Below, one piece after another: positions 7,818 to 15,443 of a DNA stretch of 26,506 bases. Both the position numbers and the translations under genes were made by a program. The notes below the pieces were generated by a model. It was not told where the DNA came from and made no database searches. It saw only the letters and a list, made by a program, of their open reading frames with translations. Source of the stretch: a virus (lineage: Duplodnaviria > Caudoviricetes); IMG/VR virus record IMGVR_UViG_3300012665_000795, positions 1 to 26,506 of that record. One strand, written 5' to 3'. Each line of letters starts with the position of its first letter. The stretch's first letter is position 1.

Positions 7818-8219
7818 TCAGTCCTGTGATTTTTTACCAATATTATATTTTGTAATGAGTTCCCAATCATCCTTCTCCTTGAAAGATATAATCTTCACTT
7901 GATGTAGTGGTGCGATATTATCTTCCATTAATTTAGGATTCAGAATCTTAACGAGACCCCATTCTTCCAATAAATTAGCAATTGCATTACGTCTTTGAAT
8001 ATCATTCTCTGAAATATTTGATGGTTTCCCATCAAGTGCGAATAGTTCTTTAAAGTGTACGATGTAATATTTACCTTGTTTGTGTAAAATATGACAAGAC
8101 TGGTACAGAACTTTTTCTTTGCGTGACGAGACTCCGATTCGTGTTAAAGTTTCACGAACCTTCAAAAAATCATCTTGTTCATTGAGTTTGACTTCAATGA
8201 ATTTGGCCAAATCAACCAT
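7818..8219 (-). CDS. regA: Translational repressor RegA
   Basis: DDFLKVRETLTRIGV, LYQSCHILHKQGKYYIVHFKELFALDG and RRNAIANLLEEWGL. Confidence 0.98.
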   Translation of the reverse strand: MVDLAKFIEVKLNEQDDFLKVRETLTRIGVSSRKEKVLYQSCHILHKQGKYYIVHFKELFALDGKPSNISENDIQRRNAIANLLEEWGLVKILNPKLMEDNIAPLHQVKIISFKEKDDWELITKYNIGKKSQD

Positions 8220-8220
8220 A

Positions 8221-8607
8221 TCATTTCCTTAATCCACCTGTATCGGTTTGTTCTTTTAGTTTTTGGATTTGTTCATTACTAAGGAGGCGCATGGCATCAC
8301 GAGCTTTTTGGTCAGATAGTCCGAATACTTGCTTGATACATTCTAAATTATCACTTTTTTCAGCCTTAACCCACTTAGCAAAAGGTCTTTTCTGTGACCT
8401 TATGGTATTTAGAAAAAAATCATATTGCAGTTTTTTATCAGCCAGATGCCTACGATTCATTTCGTTTGCATACATGATACAGTCTTTGTGGTAGGAAAGT
8501 GTGCGATTAACCAAGAATGGTTGATAGTCCTTTTCTGTTAGTTCGTCAACAATCAGATTCTTCTTGTTTTGAAGAACCGAGTTAACATAGTCAAATGGGT
8601 TACTCAT
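8221..8607 (-). CDS. gp62: Clamp loader small subunit gp62
   Basis: PFDYVNS...YQPFLVNRTLS...ANEMN...LQYDFFLN...FAKW. Lies between gp44 and regA. Confidence 0.93.
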   Translation of the reverse strand: MSNPFDYVNSVLQNKKNLIVDELTEKDYQPFLVNRTLSYHKDCIMYANEMNRRHLADKKLQYDFFLNTIRSQKRPFAKWVKAEKSDNLECIKQVFGLSDQKARDAMRLLSNEQIQKLKEQTDTGGLRK

Positions 8608-8891
8608 GTCAGCATCCTAAACAAACCGATTGTATCAATTGTGGTTAAGAGTACATAATTGGCAAGCATGCCAAATGACTTCCTAGTAAAAGCAGCCCAA
8701 GCATACAAGGCGCAACCACTAATCCACACAGGATACAAATAAAGAAGAGGTGGATTTGGGACGGTGAGTGCCATGGTAACTGAGCAGCCAATACTAATAG
8801 CCCAAGCCAAGAGCTCAACAATAAACCTAAAGCGATTACTGTTCCAATCATTACGAATCCATTCTAAAGTAGGTCTAAACAATTCAATCAT
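8604..8891 (-). CDS. Small membrane protein (about 3 TM helices)
   Basis: 95 aa, hydrophobic, translationally coupled to both gp44 and gp62. Confidence 0.72.
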   Translation of the reverse strand: MIELFRPTLEWIRNDWNSNRFRFIVELLAWAISIGCSVTMALTVPNPPLLYLYPVWISGCALYAWAAFTRKSFGMLANYVLLTTIDTIGLFRMLT

Positions 8892-9820
8892 AGAAACTCA
8901 CATTCGACCATTAGTTCGGTCAGACATGCGACAAGGTTGATTTCAGTATCAGCAACAAATGCGTTCTTGTATTGATAGTCAGCAATAATCACCACTGCTT
9001 GTGGGATTGATTGTGGTTTCATTACATCATACAATGCATCATACAACTGACGGAACATTGTGTTAGTATCCAAATCAGTAGATGCAACCCACTTACGAAT
9101 TGCTGTGAAGTCTTTGTCTTTGATATGCTTAGTAATCTCTGTTAGTTGGACATTACCAATCTGTGCAAGAACACCAGTATCAATCTTACCAAACTGTGAG
9201 TATCGTTGCAACTCATTCAGAATACGGCGATTGTCTGGAAAGTGTTTCTTAATTAATTCTGCAATTACCTTGTCATCATAGTCAACTTTTTCACTTTGCA
9301 AAATTGACTGGACTCTCTTAAAGAACCCACCAGCCATCTGTGCCTTCTCATTGTTCTTTAGTGTGAAGTCAATCACAGCACAGCGAGAGTGCAATGGTTC
9401 AATGATACGAGTTTTGTAATTACAAGTAAAGATGAATGAACAGTTAACTGCAAATTCTTCAATTGCATTACGCAATGCTGGTTGTGTTGAGTTTGGATTT
9501 AGATAATCTGCCTCATCAATGATGATGACCTTACGACCACCAGACAATGACATAGATGAAGCATAGTTTTTAATCTTGGTACGAAATGTATCAATACCAG
9601 ATTCGTCTGAACCGTTAATGACCATGAAGTCACATCCGATTTCGTTACACATAGCCTTGGCGACTGTTGTCTTACCAACGCCAGCACCACCACTCAACAA
9701 TAGATTAGGAATATTATGTTGATTCACATACTCCTGAAAAGGTTGTTTCAGCCGTTCAGGCAGAATACAATCTTCAATTGTTTGAGGGCGATACTTCTCC
9801 GTCCATAATAAATGTTCCAT
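8888..9820 (-). CDS. gp44: Clamp loader large subunit gp44 (AAA+)
   Basis: WTEKYRP, GGAGVGKTT, IIDEAD and SRC motifs. Confidence 0.97.
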   Translation of the reverse strand: MEHLLWTEKYRPQTIEDCILPERLKQPFQEYVNQHNIPNLLLSGGAGVGKTTVAKAMCNEIGCDFMVINGSDESGIDTFRTKIKNYASSMSLSGGRKVIIIDEADYLNPNSTQPALRNAIEEFAVNCSFIFTCNYKTRIIEPLHSRCAVIDFTLKNNEKAQMAGGFFKRVQSILQSEKVDYDDKVIAELIKKHFPDNRRILNELQRYSQFGKIDTGVLAQIGNVQLTEITKHIKDKDFTAIRKWVASTDLDTNTMFRQLYDALYDVMKPQSIPQAVVIIADYQYKNAFVADTEINLVACLTELMVECEFL

Positions 9821-9849
9821 ACACCACTTTCATAATAAAATAATTCACA

Positions 9850-10179
9850 TTAAGATTCAATAGCAACTCTGTGCCATTCATCTCCAATTTTCATCCACAA
9901 ACGATTATCTTTACCAACAGTCATAGAAACACGGTGAGTAACTTGTTCATTCCAACCATTGACATACAATGTATGTTGACCCATAGTTGGTTCTGGTGCT
10001 TTAGGTTTCTCACCATATGCACCTGTAAATTGAATAGTTGTTGCATTACTAGGTGGTGCGAGATGGCTAATGTCCTTATGTTCATTAGCCATTTCTTTCA
10101 CCTGCCTGTAAGAAGCAACACCTACAGCAAAGGCACCAATAATGCCTGCACCTTTTATAAAGTTACGCCGCTGATTCAT
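9850..10179 (-). CDS. Hypothetical protein with twin-arginine (Tat) signal/anchor
   Basis: Start at 10179 gives MNQRRNFIKGAGIIGAFAVGVASY: RRxFxK followed by a hydrophobic helix. Confidence 0.7.
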   Translation of the reverse strand: MNQRRNFIKGAGIIGAFAVGVASYRQVKEMANEHKDISHLAPPSNATTIQFTGAYGEKPKAPEPTMGQHTLYVNGWNEQVTHRVSMTVGKDNRLWMKIGDEWHRVAIES

Positions 10180-10399
10180 TGTGAAGTTCCTCAATGCGTC
10201 TTTCTAAGACACCAATTGCAGTATTGAAATGACCAGTACCTTCTGTTTCTGGTTTGTAATATCTACGAAGCACTTCAACTTCAGTTTCCAAAACCGCAAT
10301 GTATTCTTCCTTTGTTACATTTGGAAAAACAGATTGCTTCTGTTCGATTTGAACAATCGGTTCTTCACTAGGGAAAACATCAGAGTACTTCATAATCAA
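10163..10399 (-). CDS. Hypothetical protein
   Basis: 78 aa helical ORF coupled to the end of gp45. Confidence 0.7.
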   Translation of the reverse strand: MIMKYSDVFPSEEPIVQIEQKQSVFPNVTKEEYIAVLETEVEVLRRYYKPETEGTGHFNTAIGVLERRIEELHNESAA

Positions 10400-11079
10400 G
10401 CCTTTTCAAATTTAGAACCAGACTCGGTTGTAATCCAGTATTGAAGTGGTGTAGTCTTGTGTTGGAAGTGTGAAACACCTTTAGAAGAAATCTTCACATC
10501 ATATGCACCAGGAAGAATCTTGGTCAAGTTTTCTGTTTTGAAAACCATACGATACTTACTGCCATTACCATCAACCAATTCAAGTGAGTCGGTATGTGCA
10601 GAATCATTTTGCAAGTCTAAGGTTACGATTGAAACTTTCTTACCATCAGATTCGATTGCAATTTGTGGTGAAGAAAGAACAGAAGCAGCACGAAGTACCC
10701 AATCAAAGTCTTCAGCAGTTAAGCTGAAACCAATCTCAGGGTCAGGCATTGCAATTGCTTTTTCTGGTGGTGTAACAATCATAGTTGGTTCGCAGAAGCG
10801 ATACTTGATTTTAGAACGACCTTTGTTGCCACAGATAACAACATGTTTCTCATCAAACTCAAATGATGGGTCATCTTTGTGTAGAGATACGACCGACAGA
10901 AAGTTGTTCAGGTCATAGACACCAAACTCTGCGGGGATATCTTCTTTGATTGTAACTTCAGCAAGAATGTTCTTATGTGAAGAAACTGTTTTAAGTGTTT
11001 TGCCTTTTTTGAACATGATGCCTTGATTGATAGCACCGAAGTTCTTTAAGACGGAGATTGTTTCAGTTGATAATTTCAT
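10396..11079 (-). CDS. gp45: Sliding clamp gp45
   Basis: MKLSTETISVLKNFGAINQGI, FGVYDLNNFLSVVSL, LPGAYDV.IS and YWITTE. Confidence 0.97.
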   Translation of the reverse strand: MKLSTETISVLKNFGAINQGIMFKKGKTLKTVSSHKNILAEVTIKEDIPAEFGVYDLNNFLSVVSLHKDDPSFEFDEKHVVICGNKGRSKIKYRFCEPTMIVTPPEKAIAMPDPEIGFSLTAEDFDWVLRAASVLSSPQIAIESDGKKVSIVTLDLQNDSAHTDSLELVDGNGSKYRMVFKTENLTKILPGAYDVKISSKGVSHFQHKTTPLQYWITTESGSKFEKA

Positions 11080-11099
11080 AATATAACTCCAAAAAAAAT

Positions 11100-11432
11100 T
11101 TATGTATCCAAAGAATACATTGTATCATGTTCATATAGAAACATGAGGCAACACATAGCGTGTGCTAAGTGATGTTTACCGGATTCAGGGTCGAGAATTT
11201 CACCCTTCTTCCATGCCCAAAGATGCCGTTGAAGTGCATCATAGTACCTGCGTTTAGAATCAGGTACTCTTTTCCAATTATCTCTTTCATACTTCTGAGC
11301 ACCAAATGTCAGTACATCAACAGTAGCTTCAAGTGCAAGAGGTGGCAACAAACCATATTCTAGTTTGTCACCATCAAATTTACGACCACCTGTTGTTGCA
11401 GTTTGTGAAGCTTTAACAACATCATCGCTCAT
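11100..11432 (-). CDS. dATP/dGTP diphosphohydrolase domain protein (DUF5664-like)
   Basis: K.D..K..YGLLP...LTFGAQKYERDNW...ALQRH..AW..GE..DPESG.HHLAHA.CCLMFL signature. Confidence 0.85.
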   Translation of the reverse strand: MSDDVVKASQTATTGGRKFDGDKLEYGLLPPLALEATVDVLTFGAQKYERDNWKRVPDSKRRYYDALQRHLWAWKKGEILDPESGKHHLAHAMCCLMFLYEHDTMYSLDT

Positions 11433-12247
11433 TATAATTTTCCTGTATACTGAGCAACAGCAGGCATATTACCAGTAAAGGCGTAAGTACCAATGTGTTG
11501 CGTTTTCATCCAAGGACATAAGAAAATCTGTCCACCCATTTTGCGCCACATTTGACAGAACATATAATCTTCTGACAGATAGCGGTCTGAACCACCACCA
11601 ACAATAGATTCTTTGGTGTCAATAACTGTATCAAAGAAAGCATGAATGTAACGTGAACCATCAAAGTTGGCTTGACCAACATGGTCTGGTTTGTAACGAA
11701 TAGAAGGATATTCTTCTTTCATTTTATCAAACACATTACGTTTTACCATCATGTAACCTGTACCAATTTCCATAACCTCAAGAGGTTCTGTTACTTGAAA
11801 TTGTTGTGTGCCTTTAACTACGTTGAAGACATATTCACCAACAAGTGATTCAAGTTCTCTTGGTTCCATATCAGGATGTTTACGAGCTGCGGATGCAATG
11901 TTACCCCAATTCATTGATTTCTTAGGATAAGGACCACCGATAACATCTTTATCAAGTGCTAACAAAGCAATTACGTCTTGTGCATTGAAGTGAATGTCGC
12001 TGTCGATGAACAGCAAGTGTGTGTAGTCTGTGCGTAGGAATTCGTCAACAAGATAGTTGCGAGCCCTTGTAATCAATGATTCGTTGAATAGGAAAGAAAA
12101 CTTAATTTCAATACCATAACGGTGCATTGTTGTTTGTAAGTCTAAACAGGACTTCATGTAGAGTCCATGGTTCATACCGCCATACATTGGAGTGGCAACA
12201 AATAATTTATGTTGCTTTAATTCTTCTAGTTTAACTTGTATTTCCAT
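11432..12247 (-). CDS. GT-A fold glycosyltransferase-like protein
   Basis: VATPMYGG, ESLITRARN, LLFIDSDI (DxD), IGTGYMMVKR and LSEDYMFC. Confidence 0.78.
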   Translation of the reverse strand: MEIQVKLEELKQHKLFVATPMYGGMNHGLYMKSCLDLQTTMHRYGIEIKFSFLFNESLITRARNYLVDEFLRTDYTHLLFIDSDIHFNAQDVIALLALDKDVIGGPYPKKSMNWGNIASAARKHPDMEPRELESLVGEYVFNVVKGTQQFQVTEPLEVMEIGTGYMMVKRNVFDKMKEEYPSIRYKPDHVGQANFDGSRYIHAFFDTVIDTKESIVGGGSDRYLSEDYMFCQMWRKMGGQIFLCPWMKTQHIGTYAFTGNMPAVAQYTGKL

Positions 12248-12263
12248 AATGTATCCATAAAAT

Positions 12264-12303
12264 AAAAAAAGAGGAGAGGATACTTTATATATCCTGTCCT
12301 CTT
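12264..12303 (-). terminator. Rho-independent terminator after the wHTH gene
   Basis: GAGGAcAGGATA-loop-TATCCTcTCCTC followed by T7. Confidence 0.75.
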
Positions 12304-12321
12304 ATGTTTTGCTAAGAAATC

Positions 12322-12594
12322 TTAGGCAAAAGCACGTTCACCTTGTGAACGAAGTGCAGCAATACCTGCAGCGACCATGCGCTTAGTTGGTGTACCCAAA
12401 CGGTAGAAAGCAACTTTCTCTCCGCTTGTATTGTAACGGGTGTTCAAGTAGATTGCATGACCTTCATTACGCAACTCATTGATAGTTGCGGATGGATTTG
12501 CAACACCGAAAACTGACTGCATTTTGTTTGCTGTCAATGTGTTGTAAGAACCTTCTTTAGAAAGGTAAGCAAGAACTTTAGATTTTGTAGACAT
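12322..12594 (-). CDS. Winged helix-turn-helix protein
   Basis: KVLAYL...LTANKMQSVFGVANPSATINELRNEGHAI...YRLG wHTH pattern. Confidence 0.75.
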   Translation of the reverse strand: MSTKSKVLAYLSKEGSYNTLTANKMQSVFGVANPSATINELRNEGHAIYLNTRYNTSGEKVAFYRLGTPTKRMVAAGIAALRSQGERAFA

Positions 12595-12613
12595 AATATC
12601 TCCATGATAAAAA

Positions 12614-12660
12614 CGAATCGCAAGAAAAGAATATCTGAGAGGCGACTCAATCTCTCAAAT
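12614..12660 (-). promoter_or_regulatory. Predicted H-type RNA pseudoknot in the wHTH leader
   Basis: S1 is AUUUGAGAG/CUCUCAGAU. The loop sequence UGAGUCGC pairs with downstream GCGAUUCG (S2). Confidence 0.6.
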
Positions 12661-12668
12661 GATGTACA

Positions 12669-12697
12669 AGTATAACACCCTTTTGACAGGGTGTCAA
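12669..12697 (-). promoter_or_regulatory. sigma70 promoter with palindromic spacer
   Basis: TTGACA-CCCTGTCAAAAGGGTGT(17)-TATACT with extended -10 TG. Confidence 0.85.
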
Positions 12698-12701
12698 GCG
12701 T

Positions 12702-14072
12702 TTATGCGGCAATTAACTCTTCCGCAATTCTATTGCCTTTAGATTGATTGTATTTGCGGCAAACCAATTCAAGGTTTTCTAAGATAGTCTTGCCGCCTTT
12801 GCAATATGGTATCACATGGTCAGCAGCCCATAAATCGTGGTTGTTAATTTCATCCTCAGGAATGATTTTGTTTGTTCGTGGGCAAACACCACCTTGTTTC
12901 ACCCATGCTTGATATCGTTGCACAGGTGTAAACAACCTTTCGGGGTCAATATCAGTAACGATACCTTTTGGAATCATTGCGAAATCTTCCAAGATGGTAT
13001 CTAAACGAGCAGGCAAAAAGTTTGATGAAGCGGCAGAACCAGTTGCATTGTAACTCAACTCAGTACCATTTTTCAAGGTAACAATTTTGCGGTCAATATT
13101 AGCGACACGTTTGTTTTCTGTTGCCATGAACCACTTGACAAAATCTTTATCATTCAAAATTTTGACCTTCAGTTTGTTCATGTAACAAACCAACATGAAC
13201 AAATTGGTAAGTGTAGATGGGTCTTTGAAACCTTTATCTGCATGTTTTTCAATCAAGGTCAAAGTATCAGAAATGTTTTTCTGACCACCTTTTTTTGTGA
13301 TGTGTGACCATACTGTAGAATTATCTTCATATGCTTCAAACTTATCCTTCTTGGAAATACCGTGAGCAGGACCATAAGTAGAACATACTGCTAAGTTAAC
13401 AATCTGTTCATCAATCTTCAAACGAAGATTACCATTACGGAAAATATGTTTAAATGCACCTGCATATTTTTCGGATGTTTGACGAACATATTCAGCAAAA
13501 GGAACAAGAATCGCATTGCGGTGTTCTTGGTCGTTCAATGTGTATCCATCATTGATATTAATAAACAAACGGGATAAATCTTCCCGTGTTGCGGTAATGT
13601 ATTCGCAAATTGTAATCACTACATTAGCACGAATGTGGTCTTTCAATGCCTTAGGGTGTGTCTTGAATGTATTGTTGTTGTTAGTAATTATAACAGGCAA
13701 ATCGGGCAAATCGTATTGACCATTCTGAATGGCAACTTCACCATTCAAGTATTTGTAAATTGTTTGTGTACGGTTATTACCATCAATAGCAATTTTATCA
13801 AATCCCATTTGCAAGAAATTATTGAAATATTCATAGTCAAGCGAATCTTCAAGTGTCTGTTTCAGACATTCTTCAATATTAGCAACAATGATTTTAGAAG
13901 GTGCTTGACCTGTAATCAATGATGTAATATACCTAGACTCTTGGTTTTTATCCCAGCAAGCACTACGATTAAAAGATTTATCAAGGACAGTTTTATTGCG
14001 GAAGGCCGCAATTTTGTCACTTATCAAATTGTATTGGCGGTCAATACCAAGGGTTACTTTACTTACTTTCAT
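12702..14072 (-). CDS. DUF262 (ParB-like) plus HNH nuclease, GmrSD-like architecture
   Basis: FNRSACW...YITSL..G..P, IDGNNR and FININDG..L DUF262 motifs, plus C-terminal DHVIP...GG.T...NL...C...N..K HNH. Start moved to ATG 14072 (AAGGA SD). Confidence 0.8.
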   Translation of the reverse strand: MKVSKVTLGIDRQYNLISDKIAAFRNKTVLDKSFNRSACWDKNQESRYITSLITGQAPSKIIVANIEECLKQTLEDSLDYEYFNNFLQMGFDKIAIDGNNRTQTIYKYLNGEVAIQNGQYDLPDLPVIITNNNNTFKTHPKALKDHIRANVVITICEYITATREDLSRLFININDGYTLNDQEHRNAILVPFAEYVRQTSEKYAGAFKHIFRNGNLRLKIDEQIVNLAVCSTYGPAHGISKKDKFEAYEDNSTVWSHITKKGGQKNISDTLTLIEKHADKGFKDPSTLTNLFMLVCYMNKLKVKILNDKDFVKWFMATENKRVANIDRKIVTLKNGTELSYNATGSAASSNFLPARLDTILEDFAMIPKGIVTDIDPERLFTPVQRYQAWVKQGGVCPRTNKIIPEDEINNHDLWAADHVIPYCKGGKTILENLELVCRKYNQSKGNRIAEELIAA

Positions 14073-14100
14073 CACATTTTCCTTATATAACAAGGGTTTT

Positions 14101-14131
14101 AAAAAAATGCTCTCATATCAAATTAAGAGCA
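14101..14131 (-). terminator. Terminator between cobS and the DUF262-HNH gene
   Basis: TGCTCTTA-8 nt-TGAGAGCA followed by T7, preceded by a second hairpin TAGGAC...GTCCTA (14140-14160). Confidence 0.6.
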
Positions 14132-14164
14132 CGGACAAATAGGACTGAGAACCGGTCCTAAATT

Positions 14165-15355
14165 TTAGAAAGGAATATCATTCTCATCAATTTGAGGTTC
14201 TTCTGCTGCCATTGTAGCGGCAAGAATCACTTCTGTATTGGCACCTGCATCAACTTTGGTGTACAGGTCAAGGAATGATGCCTTTGTATCATCATCAAAG
14301 CGATTCAAACAAAGACCAATTGCCTTCATTTTATCACCAAAGATGCCATATGTTTCTACGATATGCACCAAACGGCGAGTAGAAATCACTTCATCACAAC
14401 CGCCATCAGCGAATGTTTTACGAATAACATCAGCCCATGTAACAAGTTTCTCAGCAAAATCATCATCAGCACGACCAACAGAGGTCAATTCTTTTTCGAT
14501 AATCTTACGCTCTGTTTTAATAGGAGGGAATTCTTGTTCCATTGTTGTACGGAATCGTTCCAAGAAAGCTTCGTTCAATACATTGGTGAACATATAACGA
14601 CCATCATCAGAACCTTTACCTTTTGTATTTGCAGTAGCAAACACGGTAAAACCTGCAGCAGGTACAATCATTTCACCTTTCTTTTTCAACATGAAAGGTT
14701 TGCCTTCAAGCACACGCTGTAATGAGGAAAGATTCTGAGCACCATAATCAATTTCATCAATACACAAAACGGCACCTTGGCGAGCAGCAGTAGTCACAGG
14801 ACCATCACGCCATTCCATATTACCATTAATCAGAACAAAGTTACCGAGCAAATCACTTTCATCGGTTTCAGGTGTCATTGATACGCAAACAAATTTGCGT
14901 TTTGATTTGGCACAAGCCTGTTCAATAGACATTGTTTTACCATTACCAGAATGACCAGTAATGAAAACAGGGAAGAAGCGTTGTGAATTCACAATAGAAA
15001 GCACATCTTCAAAGTTGCCAAATGGCACATAATTTTTATATGATTTAGGAACCAAATCAGTAGAGTCCAAATCTGTTTGAACATTCTGAATACGGTTCTC
15101 AGATTTTTCTACATGTTTAGTCATAGGTAAAACTTGAGCAGTCATTGCAATTGCGGGAACAGGAGTGGTTACTGCACCTGTTGGCACTTTGTAAACACCT
15201 CTACTAACTTTATTTTTTTCATCATTGGTGAACCAATAAGGATGAGCAATGTTTATTTTCTCACAAATTTCTGTGATTTCCGATTTAGTAACCTGACTTT
15301 TGCCAGTTAGTACTAAAGTATTAATAAACATTTCTTTTTTCTGAGCACGATTCAT
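14165..15355 (-). CDS. cobS: CobS/MoxR-type AAA+ ATPase
   Basis: GHSGNGKT, TDESDLLG, LCIDEID, ATANTKGKGS..GRY..TNVLNEAFLERF and ISTRRLVHI, the T4-like phage 'CobS' signature. Confidence 0.92.
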   Translation of the reverse strand: MNRAQKKEMFINTLVLTGKSQVTKSEITEICEKINIAHPYWFTNDEKNKVSRGVYKVPTGAVTTPVPAIAMTAQVLPMTKHVEKSENRIQNVQTDLDSTDLVPKSYKNYVPFGNFEDVLSIVNSQRFFPVFITGHSGNGKTMSIEQACAKSKRKFVCVSMTPETDESDLLGNFVLINGNMEWRDGPVTTAARQGAVLCIDEIDYGAQNLSSLQRVLEGKPFMLKKKGEMIVPAAGFTVFATANTKGKGSDDGRYMFTNVLNEAFLERFRTTMEQEFPPIKTERKIIEKELTSVGRADDDFAEKLVTWADVIRKTFADGGCDEVISTRRLVHIVETYGIFGDKMKAIGLCLNRFDDDTKASFLDLYTKVDAGANTEVILAATMAAEEPQIDENDIPF

Positions 15356-15389
15356 AACAAAAAACCTTTAAAATTCAATCTATGGATAG

Positions 15390-15441
15390 AGTATAACACA
15401 ACTGGCCGATTTGTCAACCAGCGTGTTGCCCAAAAACAACA
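15390..15441 (-). promoter_or_regulatory. sigma70 promoter with upstream TGTTG-N8-CAACA palindrome
   Basis: TTGACA-N16-TATACT (15390-15417); palindrome at 15424-15441. Confidence 0.75.
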
Positions 15442-15443
15442 GT

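Noticed and set aside
10457-10918. 153-aa plus-strand ORF, and the other plus-strand ORFs in the track
   Set aside because: Antisense shadows of well-supported minus-strand genes, with no motifs or expression signals.
12683-12711. Plus-strand promoter from the inverted TTGACA
   Set aside because: No -10-like hexamer 16-18 nt downstream.
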